From the human T2T-CHM13v2.0 reference genome, Homo sapiens, in NCBI RefSeq assembly GCF_009914755.1, contig NC_060925.1: 64,000 nt of DNA; one strand, 5' to 3'. Each line of letters opens with the position of its first letter. Positions within the stretch are counted from its first letter, which is position 1. This document shows, one piece after another, positions 41,159 to 55,100 of the stretch. Both the position numbers and the translations under genes were made by a program. Under the pieces are notes generated by a model, which worked only from the letters and a program-made list of their open reading frames with translations, was not told the origin of the DNA and did no database searches.

Positions 41159-44100
41159 ACACAACACAAGGAAGTTACTGAGAATTCTTCTGTCTAGCAG
41201 AATATGAAGAAATCCCGTTTCCAACGAAGGCCTCAAGGAGGTCTGAATATCCACTTGCAGACTGTATAAACAGAGTGTTTCCTAACTGCTCTATGAACAG
41301 AAAGGTTAAACTCTGTGAGTTGAACGAACACATCACAACGCAGTTTGTGGGAATGATTCTGTCTAGTTTTGAAACGAAGAAATTTCCTTTTCTGCCATTG
41401 ACCTTAAAGCGCTTGAAATCTACACTTGCAAATTGCACAAATAGAGTGTTTCAAATCTGCTCTGTCTAAGGGAACGTTCAACTCTGTGAGTTGAATGCAC
41501 ACAACACAAGGAAGTTACTGGGAATTCTTCTGTCTAGCCTTACATGAAGAAAACCCGTTTCCAACGAAGGCCTCTAAGAGGTCAAAATATCCACGTGCAG
41601 ACTTTACAAAGAGAGTGTTTCCAAACCGCTGAATGAAAAGAAAAGTTAAACTCTGAGAGTTGAACGCAGACATCACGCAGCAGTTTCTGAGAATGATTCT
41701 GTCTAGTTTTTATACGAAGATATTTCCTTTTCTGCCTTTGGCCCCAAAGCGCTTGAAATCTCCACTTGCAAATTCCACAAAAACAGTGTTTCAAATCTGC
41801 TCTCTCTAAATGAAAGTTCAACTCTGTCAGTTGAATACACACAACACAAGGAAGTTACTGAGAATTCTTCTGTCTAGCATAATATGAAGAAATCCCGTTT
41901 CCAACGAAGGCCTCAAAGGGGTCTGAATATCCACTTGCAGACTTTATAAACAGAGTGTTTACTAACTGCTCTATGAAAAGAAAGGTTAAACTCTGTGAGT
42001 TGAACACACACATCACAAAGGAGTTTCTGAGAATCATTCTGTCTAGTTTTTCTACGAAGATATTTCCTTTTCTACTATTGACCTCAAAGCGGCTGAAATC
42101 TCCACTTGCAAATTCCACAAAAAGAGTGTTTCAAGTCTGCTCTGTGTAAAGGATCGTTCAACTCTGTGAGTTGAATACACACAACACAAGGAAGTTACTG
42201 AGAATTCTTCTGTCTAGCAGAATATGAAGAAATCCCGTTTCCAACGAAGGCCTCAAGGAGGTCTGAATATCCACTTGCAGACTTTACAAACAGAGTGTTT
42301 CCTAACTACTCTATGAACAGAAAGGTTAAACTCTGTGAGTTGAACGCACACATCACAAAGGAGTTTCTGAGAATCATTCTGTCTAGTCTTTATACGAAGA
42401 TATTTACTTTTCTACCATTGACCTCAAAGCGGCTGAAATCTCCACTTGCAAATTCCACAAAAAGAGTGTTTCAAGTCTGCTCTGTGTAAAGGATCCTTCA
42501 ACTCTGTGAGTTGAATACACACAACACAAGGAAATTACTGAGAATTCTTCTGTCTAGCAGAATATGAAGAAATCCCGTTTCCAACGAAGGCCTCAAAGAG
42601 GTCTGAATATCCACTTGCAGACTTTACAAACAGAGTGTTTCCTAACTGCTGTATGAGAAGAAAAGTTAAACTCTGTGAGTTGAACGCACACATCACAAAA
42701 GATTTTCTGAGAATCATTCTGTCTAGTCTTTATATGAAGATAGTTTCCTTTTCTACCATTGACCTCAAAGCGGCTGAAATCTCCACTTGCAAATTCCACA
42801 AAAAGAATGTTTCAAGTCTGCTCTGTGTAAAGGATCGTTCAACTCTGTGAGTTGAATACACACAACACAAGGAAGTTACTGAGAATTCTTCTGTCTAGCA
42901 GAATATGAAGAAATCCCGTTTCCAACGAAGGCCACAAGATGTCAGAATATCCACTTACAGACTTTACAAACAGAGTGTTTCCTAACTGTTCTATGAACAG
43001 AAAGGTTAAACTCTGTGAGTTGAACGAACACATCACAACGCAGTTTGTGGGAATGATTCTGTCTAGTTTTGAAACGAAGATATTTCCTTTTCTGCCGTTG
43101 ACCTTAAAGAGCTTGAAAACTACACTTGCAAATTGCACAAATAGAGTGTTTCAAATCTGCTCTGTCTAAGGGAACGTTCAACTCTGTGAGTTGAATGCAC
43201 ACAACACAAGGAAGTTACTGGGAATTCTTCTGTCTAGCCTTACATGAAAAAAACCCGTTTCCAACGAAGGCCTCTAAGTGGTCAAAATTTCCACGTGCAG
43301 ACTTTACAAACAGAGTGTTTCCAAACCGCTGAATGAAAAGAAAAGTTAAACTCTGAGAGTTGAACGCACACATCACGCAGCAGTTTCTGAGAATGATTCT
43401 GTCTAGTTTTTATACGAAGATATTTCCTTTTCTGCCTTTGGCCCCAAAGCGCTTGAAATCTCCACTTGCAAATTCCACAAAAACAGTGTTTCAAATCTGC
43501 TCTCTCTAAATGAAAGTTCAACTCTGTCAGTTGAATACACACAACACAAGGAAGTTACTGAGAATTCTTCTGTCTAGCATAATATGAAGAAATCCCGTTT
43601 CCAACGAAGGCCTCAAAGGGGTCTGAATATCCACTTGCAGACTTTATAAACAGAGTGTTTACTAACTGCTCTATGAAAAGAAAGGTTAAACTCTGTGAGT
43701 TGAACACACACATCACAAAGGAGTTTCTGAGAATCATTCTGTCTAGTTTTTCTACGAAGATATTTCCTTTTCTACTATTGACCTCAAAGCGGCTGAAATC
43801 TCCACTTGCAAATTCCACAAAAAGAGTGTTTCAAGTCTGCTCTGTGTAAAGGATCGTTCAACTCTGTGAGTTGAATACACACAACACAAGGAAGTTACTG
43901 AGAATTCTTCTGTCTAGCAGAATAGGAAGAAATCCCGTTTCCAACGAAGGCCTCAAAGAGGTCTGAATATCCACTTGCAGACTTTACAAACAGAGTGTTT
44001 CCTAACTGCTCTATGAAAAGAAAGGTTAAACTCTGTGAGTTGAACGCACACATCACAAAGGAGTTTCTGAGAATCGTTCTGTCTAGTTTCTATAGGAAGA

Positions 44101-47100
44101 TATTTCCTATTCTACCATTGACCTCAAAGCGGCTGAAATCTCCACTTGCAAATTCCACAAAAAGAATGTTTCAAGTCTGCTCTGTGTAAAGGATCGTTCA
44201 ACTCTGTGAGTTGAATACACACAACACAAGGAAGTTACTGAGAATTCTTCTGTCTAGCAGAATATGAAGAAATCCCGTTTCCAACGAAGGCCTCAAAGAG
44301 GTCTGAATATCCACTTGCAGACTTTACAAACAGAGTGTTTCCTAACTGCTCTATGAAAAGAAAAGTTAAACTCTGTGAGTTGAACGCACACATCACAAAG
44401 GAGTTTCTGAGAATCATTCTGTCAAGTCTTTATACGAAGATATTTCCTTTTCTACCATTGACCTCAAAGCGGCTGAAATCTCCACTTGCAAATTCCACAA
44501 AAAGAGTGTTTCAAGTCTGCTCTGTGTAAAGGATCGTACAACTCTGTGAGTTGAATACACACAACACAAGGAAGTTACTGAGAATTCTTCTGTCTAGCAG
44601 AATATGAAGAAATCCCGTTTCCAACGAAGGCCTCAAGGAGGTCTGAATATCCACTTGCAGACTGTATAAACAGAGTGTTTCCTAACTGCTCTATGAACAG
44701 AAAGGTTAAACTCTGTGAGTTGAACGAACACATCACAACGCAGTTTGTGGGAATGATTCTGTCTAGTTTTGAAACGAAGAAATTTCCTTTTCTGCCATTG
44801 ACCTTCAAGCGCTTGAAATCTACACTTGCAAATTGCACAAATAGAGTGTTTCAAATCTGCTCTGTCTAAGGGAACGTTCAACTCTGTGAGTTGAATGCAC
44901 ACAACACAAGGAAGTTACTGGGAATTCTTCTGTCTAGCCTTACATGAAAAAAACCCGTTTCCAACGAAGGCCTCTAAGTGGTCAAAATTTCCACGTGCAG
45001 ACTTTACAAACAGAGTGTTTCCAAACCGCTGAATGAAAAGAAAAGTTAAACTCTGAGAGTTGAACGCACACATCACGCAGCAGTTTCTGAGAATGATTCT
45101 GTCTAGTTTTTATACGAAGATATTTCCTTTTCTGCCTTTGGCCCCAAAGCGCTTGAAATCTCCACTTGCAAATTCCACAAAAACAGTGTTTCAAATCTGC
45201 TCTCTCTAAATGAAAGTTCAACTCTGTCAGTTGAATACACACAACACAAGGAAGTTACTGAGAATTCTTCTGTCTAGCATAATATGAAGAAATCCCGTTT
45301 CCAACGAAGGCCTCAAAGGGGTCTGAATATCCACTTGCAGACTTTATAAACAGAGTGTTTACTAACTGCTCTATGAAAAGAAAGGTTAAACTCTGTGAGT
45401 TGAACACACACATCACAAAGGAGTTTCTGAGAATCATTCTGTCTAGTTTTTCTACGAAGATGTTTCCTTTTCTACTATTGACCTCAAAGCGGCTGAAATC
45501 TCCACTTGCAAATTCCACAAAAAGAGTGTTTCAAGTCTGCTCTGTGTAAAGGATCGTTCAACTCTGTGAGTTGAATACACACAACACAAGGAAGTTACTG
45601 AGAATTCTTCTGTCTAGCAGAATATGAAGAAATCCCGTTTCCAACGAAGGCCTCAAAGAGGTCTGAATATCCACTTGCAGACTTTACAAACAGAGTGTTT
45701 CCTAACTGCTCTATGAAAAGAAAGGTTAAACTCTGTGAGTTGAACGCACACATCACAAAGGAGTTTCTGAGAATCGTTCTGTCTAGTTTCTATAGGAAGA
45801 TATTTCCTATTCTACCATTGACCTCAAAGCGGCTGAAATCTCCACTTGCAAATTCCACAAAAAGAATGTTTCAAGTCTGCTCTGTGTAAAGGATCCTTCA
45901 ACTCTGTGAGTTGAATACACACAACACAAGGAAGTTACTGAGAATTCTTCTGTCTAGCATAATATGAAGAAATCCCGTTTCCAACGAAGGCCTCAAAGAG
46001 GTCTGAATATCCACTTGCAGACTTTACAAACAGAGTGTTTCCTAACTGCTCTATGAAAAGAAAAGTTAAACTCTTTGAGTTGAACGCACACATCACAAAG
46101 GAGTTTCTGAGAATCATTCTGTCTAGTCTTTATACGAAGATATTTCCTTTTCTACCATTGACCTCAAAGCGGCTGAAATCTCCACTTGCAAATTCCACAA
46201 AAAGAGTGTTTCAAGTCTGCTCTGTGTAAAGGACCGTTCAACTCTGTGAGTTGAATACACACAACACAAGGAAGTTACTGAGAATTCTTCTGTCTAGCAG
46301 AATATGAAGAAATCCCGTTTCCAACGAAGGCCTCAAGGAGGTCTGAATATCCACTTGCAGACTTTACAAACAGAGTGTTTCCTAACTGCTCTATGAACAG
46401 AAAGGTTAAACTCTGTGAGTTGAACGCACACATCACAAAGGAGTTTCTGAGAATCATTCTGTCTAGTCTTTATACGAAGATATTTACTTTTCTACCATTG
46501 ACCTCAAAGCGGCTGAAATCTCCACTTGCAAATTCCACAAAAAGAGTGTTTCAAGTCTGCTCTGTGTAAAGGATCATTCAACTCTGTGAGTTGAATAAAC
46601 ACAACACAAGGAAGTTACTGAGAATTCTTCTGTCTAGCAGAATATGAAGAAATCCCGTTTCCAACGAAGGCCTCAAGGAGGTCTGAATATCCACTTGCAG
46701 ACTGTATAAACAGAGTGTTTCCTAACTGCTCTATGAACAGAAAGGTTAAACTCTGTGAGTTGAACGAACACATCACAACGCAGTTTGTGGGAATGATTCT
46801 GTCTAGTTTTGAAACGAAGAAATTTCCTTTTCTGCCATTGACCTTAAAGCGCTTGAAATCTACACTTGCAAATTGCACAAATAGAGTGTTTCAAATCTGC
46901 TCTGTCTAAGGGAACGTTCAACTCTGTGAGTTGAATGCACACAACACAAGGAAGTTACTGGGAATTCTTCTGTCTAGCCTTACATGAAGAAAACCCGTTT
47001 CCAACGAAGGCCTCTAAGAGGTCAAAATATCCACGTGCAGACTTTACAAAGAGAGTGTTTCCAAACCGCTGAATGAAAAGAAAAGTTAAACTCTGAGAGT

Positions 47101-50100
47101 TGAACGCAGACATCACGCAGCAGTTTCTGAGAATGATTCTGTCTAGTTTTTATACGAAGATATTTCCTTTTCTGCCTTTGGCCCCAAAGCGCTTGAAATC
47201 TCCACTTGCAAATTCCACAAAAACAGTGTTTCAAATCTGCTCTCTCTAAATGAAAGTTCAACTCTGTCAGTTGAATACACACAACACAAGGAAGTTACTG
47301 AGAATTCTTCTGTCTAGCATAATATGAAGAAATCCCGTTTCCAACGAAGGCCTCAAAGGGGTCTGAATATCCACTTGCAGACTTTATAAACAGAGTGTTT
47401 ACTAACTGCTCTATGAAAAGAAAGGTTAAACTCTGTGAGTTGAACACACACATCACAAAGGAGTTTCTGAGAATCATTCTGTCTAGTTTTTCTACGAAGA
47501 TATTTCCTTTTCTACTATTGACCTCAAAGCGGCTGAAATCTCCACTTGCAAATTCCACAAAAAGAGTGTTTCAAGTCTGCTCTGTGTAAAGGATCGTTCA
47601 ACTCTGTGAGTTGAATACACACAACACAAGGAAGTTACTGAGAATTCTTCTGTCTAGCAGAATATGAAGAAATCCCGTTTCCAACGAAGGCCTCAAGGAG
47701 GTCTGAATATCCACTTGCAGACTTTACAAACAGAGTGTTTCCTAACTACTCTATGAACAGAAAGGTTAAACTCTGTGAGTTGAACGCACACATCACAAAG
47801 GAGTTTCTGAGAATCATTCTGTCTAGTCTTTATACGAAGATATTTACTTTTCTACCATTGACCTCAAAGCGGCTGAAATCTCCACTTGCAAATTCCACAA
47901 AAAGAGTGTTTCAAGTCTGCTCTGTGTAAAGGATCCTTCAACTCTGTGAGTTGAATACACACAACACAAGGAAATTACTGAGAATTCTTCTGTCTAGCAG
48001 AATATGAAGAAATCCCGTTTCCAACGAAGGCCTCAAAGAGGTCTGAATATCCACTTGCAGACTTTACAAACAGAGTGTTTCCTAACTGCTGTATGAGAAG
48101 AAAAGTTAAACTCTGTGAGTTGAACGCACACATCACAAAAGATTTTCTGAGAATCATTCTGTCTAGTCTTTATATGAAGATAGTTTCCTTTTCTACCATT
48201 GACCTCAAAGCGGCTGAAATCTCCACTTGCAAATTCCACAAAAAGAATGTTTCAAGTCTGCTCTGTGTAAAGGATCGTTCAACTCTGTGAGTTGAATACA
48301 CACAACACAAGGAAGTTACTGAGAATTCTTCTGTCTAGCAGAATATGAAGAAATCCCGTTTCCAACGAAGGCCACAAGATGTCAGAATATCCACTTACAG
48401 ACTTTACAAACAGAGTGTTTCCTAACTGTTCTATGAACAGAAAGGTTAAACTCTGTGAGTTGAACGAACACATCACAACGCAGTTTGTGGGAATGATTCT
48501 GTCTAGTTTTGAAACGAAGATATTTCCTTTTCTGCCGTTGACCTTAAAGAGCTTGAAAACTACACTTGCAAATTGCACAAATAGAGTGTTTCAAATCTGC
48601 TCTGTCTAAGGGAACGTTCAACTCTGTGAGTTGAATGCACACAACACAAGGAAGTTACTGGGAATTCTTCTGTCTAGCCTTACATGAAAAAAACCCGTTT
48701 CCAACGAAGGCCTCTAAGTGGTCAAAATTTCCACGTGCAGACTTTACAAACAGAGTGTTTCCAAACCGCTGAATGAAAAGAAAAGTTAAACTCTGAGAGT
48801 TGAACGCACACATCACGCAGCAGTTTCTGAGAATGATTCTGTCTAGTTTTTATACGAAGATATTTCCTTTTCTGCCTTTGGCCCCAAAGCGCTTGAAATC
48901 TCCACTTGCAAATTCCACAAAAACAGTGTTTCAAATCTGCTCTCTCTAAATGAAAGTTCAACTCTGTCAGTTGAATACACACAACACAAGGAAGTTACTG
49001 AGAATTCTTCTGTCTAGCATAATATGAAGAAATCCCGTTTCCAACGAAGGCCTCAAAGGGGTCTGAATATCCACTTGCAGACTTTATAAACAGAGTGTTT
49101 ACTAACTGCTCTATGAAAAGAAAGGTTAAACTCTGTGAGTTGAACACACACATCACAAAGGAGTTTCTGAGAATCATTCTGTCTAGTTTTTCTACGAAGA
49201 TATTTCCTTTTCTACTATTGACCTCAAAGCGGCTGAAATCTCCACTTGCAAATTCCACAAAAAGAGTGTTTCAAGTCTGCTCTGTGTAAAGGATCGTTCA
49301 ACTCTGTGAGTTGAATACACACAACACAAGGAAGTTACTGAGAATTCTTCTGTCTAGCAGAATAGGAAGAAATCCCGTTTCCAACGAAGGCCTCAAAGAG
49401 GTCTGAATATCCACTTGCAGACTTTACAAACAGAGTGTTTCCTAACTGCTCTATGAAAAGAAAGGTTAAACTCTGTGAGTTGAACGCACACATCACAAAG
49501 GAGTTTCTGAGAATCGTTCTGTCTAGTTTCTATAGGAAGATATTTCCTATTCTACCATTGACCTCAAAGCGGCTGAAATCTCCACTTGCAAATTCCACAA
49601 AAAGAATGTTTCAAGTCTGCTCTGTGTAAAGGATCGTTCAACTCTGTGAGTTGAATACACACAACACAAGGAAGTTACTGAGAATTCTTCTGTCTAGCAG
49701 AATATGAAGAAATCCCGTTTCCAACGAAGGCCTCAAAGAGGTCTGAATATCCACTTGCAGACTTTACAAACAGAGTGTTTCCTAACTGCTCTATGAAAAG
49801 AAAAGTTAAACTCTGTGAGTTGAACGCACACATCACAAAGGAGTTTCTGAGAATCATTCTGTCAAGTCTTTATACGAAGATATTTCCTTTTCTACCATTG
49901 ACCTCAAAGCGGCTGAAATCTCCACTTGCAAATTCCACAAAAAGAGTGTTTCAAGTCTGCTCTGTGTAAAGGATCGTACAACTCTGTGAGTTGAATACAC
50001 ACAACACAAGGAAGTTACTGAGAATTCTTCTGTCTAGCAGAATATGAAGAAATCCCGTTTCCAACGAAGGCCTCAAGGAGGTCTGAATATCCACTTGCAG

Positions 50101-52143
50101 ACTGTATAAACAGAGTGTTTCCTAACTGCTCTATGAACAGAAAGGTTAAACTCTGTGAGTTGAACGAACACATCACAACGCAGTTTGTGGGAATGATTCT
50201 GTCTAGTTTTGAAACGAAGAAATTTCCTTTTCTGCCATTGACCTTCAAGCGCTTGAAATCTACACTTGCAAATTGCACAAATAGAGTGTTTCAAATCTGC
50301 TCTGTCTAAGGGAACGTTCAACTCTGTGAGTTGAATGCACACAACACAAGGAAGTTACTGGGAATTCTTCTGTCTAGCCTTACATGAAAAAAACCCGTTT
50401 CCAACGAAGGCCTCTAAGTGGTCAAAATTTCCACGTGCAGACTTTACAAACAGAGTGTTTCCAAACCGCTGAATGAAAAGAAAAGTTAAACTCTGAGAGT
50501 TGAACGCACACATCACGCAGCAGTTTCTGAGAATGATTCTGTCTAGTTTTTATACGAAGATATTTCCTTTTCTGCCTTTGGCCCCAAAGCGCTTGAAATC
50601 TCCACTTGCAAATTCCACAAAAACAGTGTTTCAAATCTGCTCTCTCTAAATGAAAGTTCAACTCTGTCAGTTGAATACACACAACACAAGGAAGTTACTG
50701 AGAATTCTTCTGTCTAGCATAATATGAAGAAATCCCGTTTCCAACGAAGGCCTCAAAGGGGTCTGAATATCCACTTGCAGACTTTATAAACAGAGTGTTT
50801 ACTAACTGCTCTATGAAAAGAAAGGTTAAACTCTGTGAGTTGAACACACACATCACAAAGGAGTTTCTGAGAATCATTCTGTCTAGTTTTTCTACGAAGA
50901 TGTTTCCTTTTCTACTATTGACCTCAAAGCGGCTGAAATCTCCACTTGCAAATTCCACAAAAAGAGTGTTTCAAGTCTGCTCTGTGTAAAGGATCGTTCA
51001 ACTCTGTGAGTTGAATACACACAACACAAGGAAGTTACTGAGAATTCTTCTGTCTAGCAGAATATGAAGAAATCCCGTTTCCAACGAAGGCCTCAAAGAG
51101 GTCTGAATATCCACTTGCAGACTTTACAAACAGAGTGTTTCCTAACTGCTCTATGAAAAGAAAGGTTAAACTCTGTGAGTTGAACGCACACATCACAAAG
51201 GAGTTTCTGAGAATCGTTCTGTCTAGTTTCTATAGGAAGATATTTCCTATTCTACCATTGACCTCAAAGCGGCTGAAATCTCCACTTGCAAATTCCACAA
51301 AAAGAATGTTTCAAGTCTGCTCTGTGTAAAGGATCCTTCAACTCTGTGAGTTGAATACACACAACACAAGGAAGTTACTGAGAATTCTTCTGTCTAGCAT
51401 AATATGAAGAAATCCCGTTTCCAACGAAGGCCTCAAAGAGGTCTGAATATCCACTTGCAGACTTTACAAACAGAGTGTTTCCTAACTGCTCTATGAAAAG
51501 AAAAGTTAAACTCTTTGAGTTGAACGCACACATCACAAAGGAGTTTCTGAGAATCATTCTGTCTAGTCTTTATACGAAGATATTTCCTTTTCTACCATTG
51601 ACCTCAAAGCGGCTGAAATCTCCACTTGCAAATTCCACAAAAAGAGTGTTTCAAGTCTGCTCTGTGTAAAGGACCGTTCAACTCTGTGAGTTGAATACAC
51701 ACAACACAAGGAAGTTACTGAGAATTCTTCTGTCTAGCAGAATATGAAGAAATCCCGTTTCCAACGAAGGCCTCAAGGAGGTCTGAATATCCACTTGCAG
51801 ACTTTACAAACAGAGTGTTTCCTAACTGCTCTATGAACAGAAAGGTTAAACTCTGTGAGTTGAACGCACACATCACAAAGGAGTTTCTGAGAATCATTCT
51901 GTCTAGTCTTTATACGAAGATATTTACTTTTCTACCATTGACCTCAAAGCGGCTGAAATCTCCACTTGCAAATTCCACAAAAAGAGTGTTTCAAGTCTGC
52001 TCTGTGTAAAGGATCATTCAACTCTGTGAGTTGAATAAACACAACACAAGGAAGTTACTGAGAATTCTTCTGTCTAGCAGAATATGAAGAAATCCCGTTT
52101 CCAACGAAGGCCTCAAGGAGGTCTGAATATCCACTTGCAGACT
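41159..52143. repeat. 5440-bp apparently perfect tandem duplication (32 monomers; 10+10+12-mer)
   Basis: All ORFs from 41175 to 46375 recur at +5440. More than ten rare alleles are present in both copies (cctaactact, gaaattactg, gtatgagaag, cctaactgtt, accttaaagagcttgaaaac, gtcaagtctt, accttcaagc, tgtttccttt, ctctttgagt, ggaccgttca). Flanking mismatches are at 41158/46598 and 46704/52144. Confidence 0.92.
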
Positions 52144-55100
52144 TTACAAACAGAGTGTTTCCTAACTGCTCTATGAAAAGAAAGGTTAAACTCTGTGAGT
52201 TGAACGCACACATCACAAAGGAGTTCATGAGAATCATTTTGTCTAGGTTCTATAAGAAGATATTTCCTATTCTACCATTGACCTCAAAGCGGCTGAAATC
52301 TCCACTTGCAAATTCGACAAAAAGAGTGTTTCAAGCCTGCTCTCTGTAAAGGATCCTTCAACTCTGTGAGTTGAATACACACAACACAAGGAAGTTACTG
52401 AGAATTATTCTGTCTAGCATAATATGAAGAAATCCCGTTTCCAACGAAGGCCTCAAAGAGGTCTGAATATCCACTTGCAGACTTTACAAACAGAGTGTTT
52501 CCTAACTGCTCTATGAGGAGAAAAGTTAAACTCTGTGAGTTGAACGCACACATCACAAAAGATTTTCTGAGAATCATTCTGTCTAGTCTTTATATGAAGA
52601 TAGTTTCCTTTTCTACCATTGACCTCAAAGCGGCTGAAATCTCCACTTGCAAATTCCACAAAAAGAGTGTTTCAAGTCTGCTCTGTGTAAAGGATCGTTC
52701 AACTCTGTGAGTTGAATACACACAACACAAGGAAGTTACTGAGAATTCTTCTGTCTAGCAGAATATGAAGAAATCCCGTTTCCAACGAAGGCCACAAGAT
52801 GTCAGAATATCCACTTACAGACTTTACAAACAGAGTGTGTCCTAACTGCTCTATGAACAGAAAGGTTAAACTCTGTGAGTTGAACGAACACATCACAACG
52901 CAGTTTGTGGGAATGATTCTGTCTAGTTTTGAAACGAAGATATTTCCTTTTCTGCCGTTGACCTTAAAGCGCTTGAAATCTACACTTGCAAATTGCACAA
53001 ATAGAGTGTTTCAAATCTGCTCTGTCTAAGGGAACGTTCAACTCTGTGAGTTGAATGCACACAACACAAGGAAGTTACTGGGAATTCTTCTGTCTAGCCT
53101 TACATGAAAAAAACCCGTTTCCAACGAAGGCCTCTAAGTGGTCAAAATTTCCACGTGCAGACTTTACAAACAGAGTGTTTCCAAACCGCTGAATGAAAAG
53201 AAAAGTTAAACTCTGAGAGTTGAACGCACACATCACGCAGCAGTTTCTGAGAATGATTCTGTCTAGTTTTTATACGAAGATATTTCCTTTTCTGCCTTTG
53301 GCCCCAAAGCGCTTGAAATCTCCACTTGCAAATTCCACAAAAACAGTGTTTCAAATCTGCTCTCTCTAAATGAAAGTTCAACTCTGTCAGTTGAATACAC
53401 ACAACACAAGGAAGTTACTGAGAATTCTTCTGTCTAGCATAATATGAAGAAATCCCGTTTCCAACGAAGGCCTCAAAGGGGTCTGAATATCCACTTGCAG
53501 ACTTTATAAACAGAGTGTTTACTAACTGCTCTATGAAAAGAAAGGTTAAACTCTGTGAGTTGAACACACACATCACAAAGGATTTTGTGGGAATCGTTCT
53601 GTCTAGTCTTTATACGAAGGTAGTTTCCTTTTCTACCATTGACCTCAAAGCGGCTGAAATCTGCACTTGCAAATTCCACAAAAGGAGTGTTTCAAGTCTG
53701 CTCTGTGTAAAGGATCGTTCATCTCTGTGAGTTGAATACACACAACACAAGGAAGTTACTGAGAATTCTTCTGTCTAGCAGAATATGAAGAAATCCCGTT
53801 TCCAACGAAGGCTTCAAAGAGGTCTGAATATCCACTTGCAGACTTTACAAACAGAGTGTTTCCTAACTGCTCTATGAAAAGAAAGTTTAAACTCTGTGAG
53901 TTGAACGCACACATCACAAAGGAGTTTCTGAGAATCATTCTGTCTTGTTTCTATTGGAAGATATTTCCTATTCTACCATTGACCTCAAAGCGGCTGAAAT
54001 CTCCACTTGCAAATTCCACAAAAAGAGTGTTTCAAGTCTGCTCTGTGTAAAGGACCGTTCAACTCTGTGAGTTGAATACACACAACACAAGGAAGTTAGT
54101 GAGAATTCTTCTGTCTAGCAGAATATGAAGAAATCCCGTTTCCAACGAAGGCCTCAAGGAGGTCTGAATATCCACTTGCAGACTTTACAAACAGAGTGTT
54201 TCCTAACTGCTCTATGAACAGAAAGGTTAAACTCTGTGAGTTGAACGCACACATCACAAAGGAGTTTCTGAGAATCATTCTGTCTAGTCTTTATACGAAG
54301 ATATTTACTTTTCTACCATTGACCTCAAAGCGGCTGAAATCTCCACTTGCAAATTCCACAAAAAGAGTGTTTCAAGTCTGCTCTGTGTAAAGGATCATTC
54401 AACTCTGTGAGTTGAATAAACACAACACAAGGAAGTTACTGAGAATTCTTCTGTCTAGCAGAATATGAAGAAATCCCGTTTCCAACGAAGGCCTCAAGGA
54501 GGTCTGAATATCCACTTGCAGACTGTATAAACAGAGTGTTTCCTAACTGCTCTATGAACAGAAAGGTTAAACTCTGTGAGTTGAACGAACACATCACAAC
54601 GCAGTTTGTGGGAATGATTCTGTCTAGTTTTGAAACGAAGAAATTTCCTTTTCTGCCATTGACCTTAAAGCGCTTGAAATCTACACTTGCAAATTGCACA
54701 AATAGAGTGTTTCAAATCTGCTCTGTCTAAGGGAACGTTCAACTCTGTGAGTTGAATGCACACAACACAAGGAAGTTACTGGGAATTCTTCTGTCTAGCC
54801 TTACATGAAGAAACCCGTTTCCAACGAAGGCCTCTAAGAGGTCAAAATATCCACGTGCAGACTTTACAAAGAGAGTGTTTCCAAACCGCTGAATGAAAAG
54901 AAAAGTTAAACTCTGAGAGTTGAACGCAGACATCATGCAGCAGTTTCTGAGAATGATTCTGTCTAGTTTTTATACGAAGATATTTCCTTTTCTGCCTTTG
55001 GCCCCAAAGCGCTTGAAATCTCCACTTGCAAATTCCACAAAAACAGTGTTTCAAATCTGCTCTCTCTAAATGAAAGTTCAACTCTGTCAGTTGAATACAC

